From assembly GCF_009914755.1 (NCBI RefSeq), contig NC_060926.1: a stretch of DNA of 64,000 nt; one strand, written 5' to 3'. The stretch's first letter is position 1; every line of letters starts with the position of its first letter. Below the pieces are notes generated by a model. It saw only the letters and a list, made by a program, of their open reading frames with translations, was not told the DNA's origin and searched no databases. The stretch comes from the human T2T-CHM13v2.0 reference genome, Homo sapiens. Below are positions 46,664 through 60,700 of this stretch, piece after piece. Both the position numbers and the translations under genes were made by a program.

Positions 46664-49600
46664 TTTACTCTTTCTTTCCTGGTTGACACAAAGCCATTGT
46701 CCAACAAAATGCAAAAAGTGACTTTGTAAAATATAGAGGTAGCAAGGAGGCTAAGAAAACTGCCTGGCTGTGGAAAGTCATTTCACTCCAGGTAATAAAT
46801 ATATTGCCTAACAGACCACTTAGCATACACTCCATAAAAAGGAGCTCTTTAAATTCTGATGTTCAGGATTGAGAAATGAAACAGAAAAGTGAGGTCATTA
46901 GAAAGAAAGCAGGAGGGAGAAAAATCATAAAATTATAAAATGAACTTTCTCTCGGAAATGGTCTTGGTCAGATCCTGATAATCGACAGATTCCTTGAGAA
47001 AGAATTGCCTGCCTGCCCTTGGAGTGCACTGATGAACTAAGACAGCTTCTCTCTGGTTGGGTTATCATTAAACTGCTGCATATGGGAAATGAGCTTGATT
47101 TCTATTTTAGAAGTTTGAGTAGCTGTGTTCCTGTGACCATTTAAAGGGAATATGAACTCAACTAAGGTGCTCAAAAAATCTCAAGCAGGGAGTTAGCAAT
47201 ATAATCACGTTAACTCATAGAGTATTTCTAATGCAGCCCTACTTGGGAAGCTGATATGCATAAATGTGAAAATAAACCAACAGAGTGTACCTTGACACAG
47301 CTGTCATAAAAATGGAGAATAAGGAGAGACTGAAAGAGAAATGCAAGCAAGAACGAAGGATTAAATGAAAATAGAATGCTAGGCTGAGGACAGTCAGAAA
47401 ACTGCTGAGTTGACATTTGTCTTTCATACCTACTGGAGAGATCAATTCAACCAAGGAAAAGTAGAATACATAGATCTAATTCACAAAAAGTATTGTGTTG
47501 TATGGCTGCAAAGTCTAAATTCTTTATTGATCAGATGTTCTTCAGAAGAGCATGTTATCAGGGCACAATGACACAAGCAATCCATGACCAAGTGAGGTTG
47601 GGAAATGTACCTAAAACATACAACTGCATTGTATGTGGAGAGCTTACCTTCTCTAGTAAGAAGGAGTTTGAGAAAATCTGGGTTTTGCCATACTGCCACT
47701 TTGGAAAGGAGGCAACCTGGATGTTCTCCACATCATAAGCCACATATGGGCTTTTCCCTCACCCTTTCTACCCCATTTCCAAAACAGCCTTCAACTTTAC
47801 ATCTAGAAGGCATCACCCTACTGTGTGTGCCTGCCTATGGGTCATTTCCCTAGATGAGGCATTTGCCAATGACATTTTGCAATTTTCCCCCTACCGCAGT
47901 GTTTCCCAAGCATCAGACTTCCATGCCACACATTTGCTGCCACATCCCTTTGCAGCTTGTAAGATGATTTAAGTAATATTTTCTTTAATAAATGCAGTAT
48001 CTTTAACTTCAACAGTTGTATTTGAAAGAAATTTCCCATTTACTGGTATCAATGAAACCCTATAATTACTTGAAATTAAATGAACATTGCATGTAAATAA
48101 AACAATGTTATCAATGTTTGCTGGACACTCTTACTTCTCCAAGGATTGTTAAAAATGGAGATTAGCCAGTGCTAGAGAAACAAAGGATATATGGGCACCC
48201 ACTTGAGATTCTGACCTTGGAGTACTCAGAATTACTGAGAAAGAATTGAAAATGAACTATACTGTACACAGGGCAATTCAATATTACATAACATCTCATC
48301 GGTGTGTTCCCTAAAATCATCTCTGATGCCACCATTGGTATGTTTCCACACTTTGGTAAACAATGCCTAACCCAAATGTCTTGAATCCTGATTTGCAATA
48401 TTCCAGGGCTCTGCCTTTTGCTTACAGAATTAGAAGAGGAGATAATAGAATTTTTTTAAAAAGATTGTACATCCCACCCTTAAATATATGGTTCAATAAG
48501 AGCTCTGACCAATCAATGCCTAAGTTCAAGAGAGTTTCTAATCATAGTAGAAAATTTGGTCAGCATAAAAAGACCAAGTAGAAAAAAAGATTCTCAGTGG
48601 CTGCTCAGTTCTTTGATTTACATTCTGAAATCTCATAGAGACAAGGTTCTTCCTCAACATCAACTCGGCCACTAGACACATACTTAATGAGCACCTATGG
48701 AACAAGGCCGAGAGGGGGAATGGGTAAGCATGGCCAGATAGAAAATAATTGTTGGTATCAGACTAAGTACCACCAAATACTTTAGCCTCTTCTTAACTAA
48801 AAGAACTATTGGGAAATTTTTATAGTAGTCTTAAAGAAAAAACACTTTCTAATGTCAAGTCAGAGGGCCCATTTTTCTAGAATTTAAGAGGAGACGATTC
48901 CTACTGCCCCTCTTCTAATTCAAGTTCTCTCATGGGTGATGGGGAGGAGTAAGTAGAGGGCACTTTCTCACACATTCTATCTGTAGACACTCAATACACC
49001 TGCTGAGTGTCAGAAGCAAAGCTAGGAAGAAGCTGGGGGGCTGATGAACACATTCTTTTTTTTTTTTTTTTTTACATTCTTACTACAAGAAAGAGATGCA
49101 TCATAGATTGAAAAGCATTCCTATCTACCCACGGACTTCTTTCATAGAGGAGATACTTGTTTTAAGGACAGTTTTGTGCCTCCAGACAAATGCAGGCATT
49201 CTTTAATGGCTAGAATTCAGACATGACACATAGCAATGAGAGCTGGTCATGCTAGTTGACAGTAGCATGGTTAAAGAAAGATGACTATGTAAAAATCATA
49301 AGGCAAGCACTCCTAAAGGGTAGCTCTTTAAAAAAGATGTGTGATTTAATTCAATGGAGTCCTTAATTTTCAAACCTTTACAGCAAAATCTCCAATGACT
49401 CGTAGATGTCAATTTTCCTGGTCTAAGGTGCCTACCCCCGAGACCATCATTTTTTATTACCCCTAAGGAGATTTCAGCAGTTTTTAACCCAAAACTTGTC
49501 TCTCATTTCTTCTTCTTTTTAACCTACAAATCATGGTGACACATGCATTCAGTGGTGCTCAATAATTATGTCAAATGAATAAAAGTTTTTACATATTAAA

Positions 49601-52559
49601 ATTTATCTAAAAAATCTTTACTGTAGATATCAAACATTTTCTAAACATAAAGTACCAGAAGTAAGCCATCCTTAAAACAACTTTCCATCTGCACCTGTTT
49701 CAAAGGACCTTTTGTGGGGTTGGTTTTACTATTTAGGTTAACTGAGATATTGACAATTGGGGTGAAGCAAATGACAACTCTAATTATAAATGGAGTCTCT
49801 GTTTCTAAGGTCTGTGTGATGCTTCTGAACATTTTTCAAACACAGGCTGTAAAATGTCATTCAAATGTAAGTTAACATTAAAACTAGGCATCACTGCACC
49901 TGTTACAGACAGCATTTTGAGCTTCTGCTCTTTAGGCTGATGAAGGTGTTGACAATTTGCTCTGCATTTCTCCTCTGTATCTGTAGGGCATATGCAAATA
50001 GTTCTCCTGACTTCTTAACTGCCAAGGTGGAGTGATGGTGAGACTCCCAAGTCATAATGATAAATCCAGAAAGGATCCTAAGCCTCCAAAGATGGACTAG
50101 GGCAAAGCCAGTCACTGCCAGCAGAAGCCATTAGTTACTACATATGCAACAGCCACCAATGGACATAAACTTGAAACATGGGGGTAATAGGGTGGAGAGC
50201 CCTTTGCAGTCATAGTGTGGGCGAGCAGCATTATTAGGAACAGACTCTGTTTTTCCACATACCAAATGGACACAAGTGAAATTGTAGCAAAATACCATTT
50301 TTAAAAAACGATGAAGCAAAAACCAAAAGAGGAGGAAAGGAAAAAATTCACCAAAGCTTTCCAGTTGAATGATCTGAGCTTTCCAATAGAGGTCCAAGAT
50401 AAATTTCACTCCCAAAGAATGTTGTATTCCCAGTTCTACAAATCCCTGAGAAACTGAGAATGCTTTCGAAATAGAATCCCCATTTGCTATGTACCTGTGG
50501 TTACATTTGGTTTGAGAGCAGACCACAATGCACTGAGAAGGTACATGTGGGTTTTCTCTCTGTGTGTGTTTTTGATAAACAGAAACAGCACAGATTAGGG
50601 GGCTCTATCATGACTCTCTAACAGTGGTGCATTTCACAAGGAGAAATTACAGGAGATGCTTTGATGTCAAACAGAGGTGGCTCCCTTTAAGAAAATGGTA
50701 AATTTAACTTTCTTTGGTTCAAAGCTCAGCAGTTCTCCTTGCTCCCCACTGACGTGAATGCTGCAATTTTCTTTTATTCACTTCCTCAATGACTTGCCAT
50801 TAAACACCTACAAGTCATTTTACTGCAGCAGTTTGGTCCTTGTGACACCCAAATGGGATGGAGAAGAGAAGAGGAGATACGGAGAAAAGAAAGAGAGGAA
50901 AGCTTCACATGGTTCCTGAGCTAGAAAATTGTTTTCTTGAGTCCAGTATCACAAGCAGTGAATTAAAAACAGTTTGGGGGGAACTTTGGAGGAAAAAGAA
51001 AACAGCTGAAGTAGGCTGACTGCATTTCATTACTGGTTCAAATTAGAGGGTGGAGGAGGTGAGCTAGGAAATAAACAGATGCAATGAAAGGTCTCCAGCC
51101 TGTGGGCAAGGAGGAGTGAAAACAGCCCTTTATGAAAGTCAAGACACCTGAAGCCATGGATGTCAGTGGTACACAATGGCCAGTGTTTGCAGGAGAGATG
51201 GCTTCTTAACCACAGCAGGGTTACCTTTCCCCTCCCCAGGATCTGGATTTAAACAGATGATATTTACTCAAGGGGTCTTTCATTGATAGAAAAATATAAA
51301 CCCACCATTTATACATATCTCTGCTTAATGCAAATAGCATATTTAAATTTAATTACTTGGAGCTTAAGGTGGTTTTAGTTCCCATTTCTTTCTCAATTCA
51401 ATACCCCAGCTCTGATTTGCTTCTTATCAAAGGTTTGTGCATTTTAAAATGCTGTCAAGCATCAGAATTAAATGCTTCAGAGCACTAATGATATCCTTGT
51501 GATTAAGGGTTTCGCGTCTCTGAGATGCTAAGAGCTCTGGTGCTAATATTAATTGTTTTCTTCTACATTCCAGATGGAGAGAAGGATTCCTCCTCTCAAG
51601 CTAGGCAATACCTATGGCATCAAACATCACTTAGCAATATTTATACGTCCTTTTTCTTACTATCATCATTACAGTATTTTATAGTACAAGAGTTTATAAA
51701 GTGCTTTCACATACACATGATTTTGTTTGCGGTACATTCGACCAGCCAGGTCAACTCCTCTGCCATCTTTTAGGTAAAATCATTAAAATCCCCAACCACC
51801 CTCGCTGGACTCATCATCAAAGTAAAAAGTCAGCTCCACCCCCAACAGCTTTTAGTTGCTACATCATGCATCCACACAAGCACAGTTTCTCATAGTCAAA
51901 AAGTGAAACTTTTTAAAACAAACCGGCAAAAGGTACAGAAAAACAACTTGATTATTCTGAAATTGACATTGATTTTTCTCCTTATTTGACACAAAAACAT
52001 AGAACCAAATTCTCAGCCAAAATCTTCAGAAGACTGTGAATTAAATGAAGTTCATTTATATTTAGATATGTAAGTATTCATATTTATTAAGCTTAAATTT
52101 AGAATGTATGAGAGATGCATTTTTTTTTTCCATAAAGTGATTTCCAAGGTCAGACCAGAGTCTATTTTAAACACATACTATAAAATAAAGCAGTGCACAG
52201 CCACATTATCCTTCAGCAATATTTACTGAAGGATACAATTGACTCATGCTGCCAATGATTTTAAGAGTCTGATTTTGGAACACTATAAATACTTGAACTA
52301 AATGATTCCAGAGTAAGACTTTGCAAAGTCTGTGATTTGGTTTTTACTTTTGGTTTAATAGAAGACGAAAATTTTATAAGCCTTTTTTATTTCCCAGATA
52401 GATGGGAGGGCACGTCATTTTCTTTATGCCAGAGAGATGGGCAACGGATTATTTTCAACAAATCCTTTACAGAGAGCTATTGGTTAAATTTTAAATGATA
52501 GAATGTGATGCTATTCTTAGTCTTCACGTTAATTGTTTGCATAGGGAAGTTGAAGGTGT

Positions 52560-52915
52560 TGGGTTGGCCTCTTTGGCTAAGGCATCCAAAACTGTGAGAT
52601 CCCTTCCCTTCTAGATAGAGCTGCCCAGCCAAAGACTACCTTCCTAGATTCCTTTGTATCTACGGTAGTTCATGTGACTGAGTTTTGGGTAATGGAATGT
52701 GGGTTGAAGTGATTTCCCCTCTTCTAGATCTGGCCCATAAATAGCTCCCTGTGACTCTCCATTTTCTTGAACCCACAAGCCAGAGGGAGGTTAATGACCC
52801 AGGCCCATCTTGGAAGCCCCACACCCAACAACCCCCATCACCACCAACTGGATGCGATTTCAGCAAGAAAATAAATTTCTATTGCAATAACCCATTGAAC
52901 TGGCATTTGGGGTTA
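52560..52915 (+). mobile_element. LTR16-like ERVL LTR fragment
   Basis: gcccagccaaagactaccttcctagattcctttg...catgtgactgagttttgggtaatggaatgtggg...gaaaataaatttctattg; boundaries approximate. Confidence 0.6.
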
Positions 52916-53694
52916 AAACAGGTACTCATTCAAGTGAAGTGGAGCCTTCTGGCAAAAAAGAGGTATTTGCATATCACAACTAACTCAGATAAACTGTAGA
53001 AGTACTGTGGCCCACAGAAGATTGGTCTGTGGTTTTGCAGCTTCCTGAAAGGCCTTTGGGTTCCCTCCCGGAAACTCCAGCTGGTCATGCACGATGAGCA
53101 GATATCCACCCATTTGTGAGAAACTGGAATGCGCTGCCCTGAGGTCAGCAAAGCCAGTGACAGAGGCCGCGTGGCTTCCCACGGACAAAATCACGGCCAC
53201 AATCACGGCCACTAGTCTTCTAACAGTGAATGAAATCGGCAGAATCGCAAAACACTGAGCCAAAAGATTCAGCTGATCTTATGCTAATGCTAAATGGGAA
53301 AACACATTGGGGTTCTCAAAATGGTTTGGTTGAGTTTTCTTTGTAGAAAAGAGTTAATTTAGTTTTCACTGAATTATTAACTGCTTAAGCAGATGAAAAC
53401 TGAGGCCCTGTGAATTGCCACAAAACAAAGAATGGGGAAAGGAGCAAATCAGATGCCAGTAAACTCCTGGGCAAGGCACTTGCACATACACGCACACCTG
53501 ACATCATTTCATCCCTATAACTCTCTGAAGTAGTTATAATGATCACCCTTACATTTCAGACTTGGAAACTCAGGTACAAAGAAATTAAATAATTTGACCA
53601 AAGCCATAAAATGAGATTTAAAACTCAAGTCCACCTGGCTCAAAAGTATGTGATCCTCCCTCTATGCCACATGTCTGTAACAACATACACACGA

Positions 53695-53930
53695 AACTAG
53701 CATTTATTGAGTAATTATGATGTGCTGAGCATTGTTCTAAATCTCTTGCAGGACTTAATTCATGTAAACCTCACAAAAACTCTATGAGACAGGTACTATT
53801 ATTATCCTCATTTTTATAGATCAAGAAGATAAGGTACAGAGAGTTTGAATAACTTGCTCCAAGTTATAGCTTATATGTGGTCATAATTCAAAAATCTGGT
53901 CCTAGAGCCCTCATTCTCAACCACTGATCT
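53695..53930 (-). mobile_element. MIR SINE
   Basis: catttattgag...attatcctcatttttatagat...aggtacagagagtttgaataacttgc; a second MIR-like piece lies at about 53470-53670. Confidence 0.7.
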
Positions 53931-56900
53931 ACAGAAAGCGGCTGATCTCTGCCCCTCCTTTCCATGGTAAGAAATAGGAGACTTGAAGGTTTAAGTGACT
54001 GTTTTCCCACAGCAGTAGCGGCAGCAGCAACAGCGTAAATCTTTCTAAAGTCTGCTCTGTTAGGTACAGGGGTATCTGTGTACATTGTCGGCTGTCAGAA
54101 ACCCAGGGGTAAGTTCGATATGATCCCTGCTCACAGACAAACCTTAAAACTTTTGGTGCAGAATGAACTCACATTTGAACTAATCTAAAGAGCTAAGACA
54201 AGAATAAAACAAAACAAATTCAATTACCAAATAAAATAATTAGTCTTTGGAATTAGAGAAGGGGTAAGGATACAAGACAAGCCTCTGGAAGACTGGCAAT
54301 GTTCTATTGTTCTGTTCCTTGGCCTGGGTGACGGTCACATAGGTGTTTACTTTGCTATAATTCAATGACTATACATTCGAATCTTGCCCACTTTTCCATA
54401 CGTGTATATTTCACAATAAAAAGGTTATAAAACAAACACAAATGTTAGGAGTATTAAAAAGGAAGTATCATACTTATTACTAGAAAGATCCAAACACAAT
54501 ATTTAGTATACCTCCTGGGTTAAGCCCTAAAGATGTCATGAAAGATGTAAGGTTTTGCAAATTAGAGCTTTTGCAACTTTTTAATCATTATACTGAAACA
54601 TACAGCAATCCTTACTCTTTGTAGTAAATAAAATGCATTACTTTAATGTCTGTTTTACAAGTTAGCTAGTATCTTGAATTAGCATTATTACAGGTACAGT
54701 CATAGGATCGGTTATAAAATTATAAGTGGGTAACAGCTCAACTGGAAACCAAGGCCCATGTCCACCAGAATTAGCAGGGAACTAACCTCAGGGGCACCCA
54801 AGTGTCTTTGCTGCAGTTCAAGTGTGTCCTGTGTTTCGTCTGGGAGCTGCTTGTTTTACTTTCTACTTGCTTACTAAGAAATTTGTTGGCAGGTTCTGAC
54901 AAGGATAGCTCAACACTTGCCAACAGAAACATGGCAGGATTCAATGTGTGTGTTTCCTGTTATAAGTAAGAATGCCAGTTTGAGGCAAACAGGAAAACAA
55001 GTCTTTCCACTGGAAGGCAGTTTAGAAGAATTTGCCTGAGCAAGATGATTGTTTTAAGGTAAGAAAATGGGGTGAAACTAGCAACAACAACAAAAAATAA
55101 ATATACATTTTTTTCTCTGAATGCTTCTAGTGAGATGAATCTTCTCACTGGGCCTAAAAGTAGTGTTGACAGTTATCTAGTGTTTCCACTCTTAGTTGAA
55201 ATTATTTTATGTGTAACTTGGTTAGACAGGATGGTGAACCTTCACCAAATGGGGGTCTCCATGACCTACAATGCCCTCCAATCACTTCCTAGGGAAGATC
55301 AGAGGAAAAAAAAAAGGCCCCCCAAAATTATTTTTTAAACAAATAACCAACAAAAAAAATGCTCTCCAAAATTAATTTGGAATATGGAGAACAATGTAAG
55401 GAAAAGGTTCATTTTTACTGAGCAGAATACAGAAAAGAGAAAGGAAAGGATTAGCTGCTATGCATCAAGGCTTCTATTCCTTTTGCTGTTAACTCCACCA
55501 GGGAGCTTCAAGCATTCCAAATCTGGAAAATAAAAAGCTAAGCTTGTAGGCTTCAGGTTCTCTTTGTTACTCAGACAGCTGCTAATCGTCCTGCTGTGTT
55601 AGGAACCCATGAGACAATGCTGTAACATTTAGCTTTCTGACGTCCAAAGCATCTAGATCAGTCCCCAATTAAACAGGTATTAATCACAAAGACTCTAAAA
55701 GCCAGGGTGATAGATGCACCCAGTAAATCTTTGCTGTTGCCTTTACTTTTCACACTCAGATTTCTACATTTACAGGCAGAAATACTTAAAAGCCTGCTCC
55801 AGAAACTTGACCAATCAAAAGCCTTGTTCATTACTTTATATCAGATGCTTGATGATTTCCTACCTCTGAAAAGCCTTTCAGAAAGAGGTAAGACATTGAT
55901 CATTCCGCTAAAAGAGCCTGTCTGCTTCAATAAATAGATCCACTATGGTTGTTGTCATCTTGACTTTTTAAGTGTGATAACTAATTCAGAAGTGTTGTGG
56001 CTTTGCCACTTGCTATAGGGAAATCCAAATCATCTGTGAAGTTAAAGAAAAAGTCAGTGGATGAACCCAGAAAACATCAATGGGCAAAACATTAATATAC
56101 TAGTAATACTAACGATCTCTTCCAACAGGGGCCAAATCATCTTCAGGTCATGAACCTGATTAGAGTGAATGAATGAAGTGAGGTATATTAATCCAGATAA
56201 TAGAAAAGAGTATGTGTTGGATGAATCCTTCTGAATTCCATGTTTTGAAATTTATGTTGATAAAAGGTACTCAGTGTTACATTTTCATCAATTTCCATTT
56301 CACAAGGGCATGAAGATAGCCTTATTTAACTCTGTCAAAGAGTATCATTTACAGCTTTTGTTATAAACAAGTGACTAGGTAATCAACCTCCAAACACACA
56401 AACAAATGAAAAGTAATAATTTTCATAGCCAATATCTAATCACTATAATACACAATGAAGAGAAAAGCACCAACACGAGAGGCTCATATGACCTCAGAGG
56501 AAACCAACATTAGCTATTCTGAGTTATTAGAAATCCTTTTAAATTAGATTTCTATTTTTTATTTCTCAAGCTAACAGAACCCATGAGACAAGTACAATAT
56601 TTGCAAGGTGCCAGCTCAAGGGGCTGAATTCCTTGGCTTTCAATGGAGCCTGAATATATTATAAATTACTCCGTCTTCATCACTATCTCAGTGATGGTCC
56701 ACTGTCTTCTAAGTTGAAAGAGTTGGGAGTCAATAAACGTCACTTATGATATGAGCACCTGTCGACTAAGACCTGGACTGAGACCAATTCCATTAACATA
56801 GTCATTCTACGGCTGCCAAATGGCCGGGCCTTGGACCACTTATGATATAGTCCCCATTCAAGGAGGTGACCTAAAGACAGAAAGGTCCAGAATCCCATTA

Positions 56901-57382
56901 GTCATCTTCCAAGCCATCCAATTCTCCATCAGATATACTGTTGGAATGGGATACCTAGTTTTTTAATCGTCATTTAAAAAGATCACGTGAGCTGCTCCAA
57001 AACATGTCATGGTGACCATAAATTGAAGATAGATGCTCTTTAGCATTGTTACCAGCCACTGTCCTTTAGATCTATGAAATTATTTTTTAGCAACTTCTAT
57101 TTCTTTCTCTTGTTGCACTTAAAACACACAGGCAGAACAGAGGAAAAAATGACACATATTGACAAAGTATAAATTATAGCATGAAATCATAGGCTACCAA
57201 TGATTCCTGACAAGGCCAGAGAGTCAGAGGAAACATGGTGGTAAAAATTCAGTTGTAAATCAATGTGTTCTGTGCTATTTGGAATTTTTCCAAGTCCAAG
57301 TGTTGCTTGGCTTAAAGCACAATGTCTAAGGACTGAGAAGTGATGATCACGGACAGTATAAACTAGAATGTTACAAATAGGG

Positions 57383-57433
57383 GAGAGAGACAGAGAGAGA
57401 AAGGGCGGGGGGGAGAGAGAGAGAGAGAGAGAG
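57383..57433. repeat. (GA)n-rich microsatellite
   Basis: gagagagacagagagaga...gagagagagagagagagaga. Confidence 0.85.
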
Positions 57434-57596
57434 AAACAGGAAGAAGGCCATTGGGGTGAAGTTCTGAGACTCCTCATGTTTCTTATTGCCAGTTTGGTTC
57501 TACTGGATGGAAGTCTAGGGAAGTTCCAAACACAGGGGATCAAAATATTCTGAGGACAATATTCATGACCCATAGAATGCTGAGAAGGTGGGTTTT

Positions 57597-57718
57597 AGTA
57601 TCACTTTAGGGAACCTCTGCTTTTCCCTAAAGTATCACTTTAGGGAACCTCTGCTTTTCCCTAAAGTATCACTTTAGGGAACCTCTGCTTTTCCCTAAAG
57701 TATCACTTTAGGGAACCT
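57597..57718. repeat. 34-bp tandem repeat, 3.6 perfect copies, internally palindromic
   Basis: Unit agtatcactttagggaacctctgcttttccctaa at 57597, 57631 and 57665, plus a 20-nt partial copy at 57699. Confidence 0.97.
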
Positions 57719-60700
57719 TTTTTATAAAGAAGAAATCTTTCCTGCCCTGTTTCTTGCTTGCTATGTAGACAAGTGTAAGGAAGCACCTGGTGAGTGGAAA
57801 GAAGTGGGATAGAGACCTTTGGGTTAAATTACAGTCAGAACATTTTGAGAATGCATCTTACACAAATGGTCACCACATGCTATGCTCTCTGAAAATGTGG
57901 CCATGCAATTATGTTCTTGCAGACCTCATATTTGAAAATCTGTCTTTTTGACAATTTTCTCAAAAGCTATGGTACAGGTTAGGAACAGGATAATCATTTA
58001 GGAGAAGAGGTTTTAAGCTTGGAAATCTGTAACCCTAGAATTGTATTTTTATTTTATTTTTTATTTTTAGAGTATCAGCTAGAAACTAAGTTCTATGTGC
58101 TAGATAGTTTAAATTTCTATAGGCATTATAAGAATGGGGCAGAAACAACTGAGCTATTAAATTTTAAAATGTTATTAAGGTCAGTAGATATCTTCAACTG
58201 GATCTGTGTTTGAGAATTGAGAATTGAGATGACTTTTGTAGTCATAAGAAATAATAAAGAATGTATTACGAAAGCTATTACTGTTTTAGGACTTGTTTTT
58301 TGTTTTTGTTTTTATTTTTTTTAAAAAAGGAAGAAAGAAAGAAAACCAGGGGGTTCACAGCATGTCACAGGGGCCTCTCTCATGAACTCAATTTGCTGAA
58401 GTGAGAAATTCAGCATAACTGGCTCCACCCAAAGAAGTCAGTATTTAGTCCATTCCTAAATACTGGAGGAGTTTATTAGAATTGCATCTTACCTAGAAAT
58501 AGTTCCACAGCATGATATCTAAGAAAGACACTGGAGGAAAGCTCCTGCACACTATGGAGGAAGTTATTGGAAGTTAATGGAAATTATTTTTGTGTTTTCT
58601 GAAATAGGTAGAGGAAAAAGAAGTGGAGGGAAAGAGAAAATGCTACCCTCCAACAAACACGTACAGTTAAGGTGAATCCTTGAAGAGTTTACAGTGAGAT
58701 AGAAAGGGCTCTCATTGATATTTCTCCCCAAACAATACATCTTTACATAATATAAGGGTTTCTTAAATATATTACCAGCCCCTTGGAGCCGCACCTGAAT
58801 TAGTTGACTGTTCTGTATTGGAGTGTACAATGAAGGCTGTAAACACAGTGTATGCTTCTTAAATTTTCTGTCCACTGTTCATGGCTACAAAAGGATACTT
58901 TCAGAGGGGGTAAGGCTCTGCTAGTTGTTCTCCTTGCTTCTAATATAAAACAAAACAATAAGAACCTTTATCACAAACCTTAATAATAACCCTACTCCTA
59001 CTGTAAATGGAGAGAAATGAGATGATGTTAGCTCCAAGGATTTCCAAGTCTCCTAAGAAGTTTCCTAAAACCACACCCTCCTGGGAACCCTATAGGATTG
59101 GGATTAGATTCATTGGGTTTCAACATGAGCCTCATCAATAATTTTCAGATAAAATAAAAGTCTTTGGTTATCTTATTTCTTTATCTTTAGATAAAAAGAA
59201 GTCTTTAATTACACTTGAGAGTATAGAGAACACTTGATCAAGCTTTCTGCTGGTTACATATTAAAAATCCCTGGCTTGTTTATATGTGTGGTCCTAGCTT
59301 TGAAAAAGAAACATGAACGAAACTGTGCTCCTATTTAACTTCAGGTTTATGCTCAAAATACGCACTTATTTTACAAAAAAAAAAAAAAAAAAAATTAGGG
59401 TTGATTCAAGAGGCAGATTTCCAGCTTGCAGTATGTTATCTAGAAAAACACAAATTCTCCAGGGAGCCGTTGTAAGCTACCCCCTTTTCAGTGTTTGTGC
59501 TAATGGATGGATCTTACCCAAGCTTGGAACACACTGTGAGTCTATTGGTGGCAGGTCACTATTTAGCACCCACTGAGAAGTTGAAGCTACATATTTAAGT
59601 CTTGTTTGTATGCACATGTCACAGACAAAAGGTTCCTAGACAAGAATTTTTAAAAAACTTATCTGTCCCACAGCCTTTATTAAAAGGATTTTTTTGAAAG
59701 TGATAAACAAACTGCCTGAAAAAATTGTGTACTGGAAGATATGAATCAAAAAGGGATGGACCATAGTTCTTTATCTTTTCTCCCCTTGCCCCTCCCAAGA
59801 GTAACAGCAAGAATAGAATAGTAATAGAAAAAATATTTCGTGTCTCTATAATTTTACACATAAAGTATTTTAGATAGATTTCAGGGAGTGGTCCCTGTAC
59901 TTTTTCATAACAAAACAAAACCCAAAAGATGGTCAGAGGAGAACCACAGTACAGTTCGTTTAGATCAGGCCTACCAATTTATCAGAATAGAGAAAGAAGA
60001 AATGGAATCTAAGAGTGATTTCTTCAACTCTGTGTCTATATAGGCGGACATTTTGATGACCATTCAGCCAGATTCCCACAGTGCTCTGGGTGCCAGCCCT
60101 CACCTATGGAACCAATCATTAGTGACATTTCCCAATGAGGAAGCCAAGGGGTTCACTAGGCAAGTGACCACACTGACTGGCACCATCTCTCGTTTTTATC
60201 ATTGCCGTTTCAGGGGAGCCTGGGGAACCTCTTTCATTTCTAATTTTGGCAGAAGCAAAGAATGAGAAAGCATGAGTACAGGTTGTGGGGGTGGCGGGTG
60301 GAAAGGTGGACACCAGAAGAAGGTTCATTAAATAAGAGAGATATTTTTAATACTGACAGATAGACCAAAGGTTTGCTTATCTTGACAGATTAACATGTAA
60401 ACCCTAAAAAACATCCCCACCAGTCTTTACCTGAAGAAAATATACAGGATACCCTCTTATTGTATACCCACATCACAAAAATGCCACAGGGATGTTGAGA
60501 CTCAGAAGAATTCTCTATGTATTTGAGTGACATGGACAGGCATTTCAATTAGTCCCTGTAGATTTAAGATCTCTTAATGCAAGATAAGTCCTGTGCATGG
60601 CTTTTGGGTTTTCAAGGTGTTTAAAGGAAAAAAAAAAAAAAAAAAAAAAACTATTTAAAGACATCAGCAGGGGGTTAATGGAAGCTTTGATAAAGTTTCT

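Noticed and set aside
57597-57718. CRISPR-like array (palindromic repeat of about 34 bp)
   Set aside because: Copies are contiguous with no unique spacers, there are no cas genes, and the context is a human intron. Kept as a tandem-repeat finding instead.
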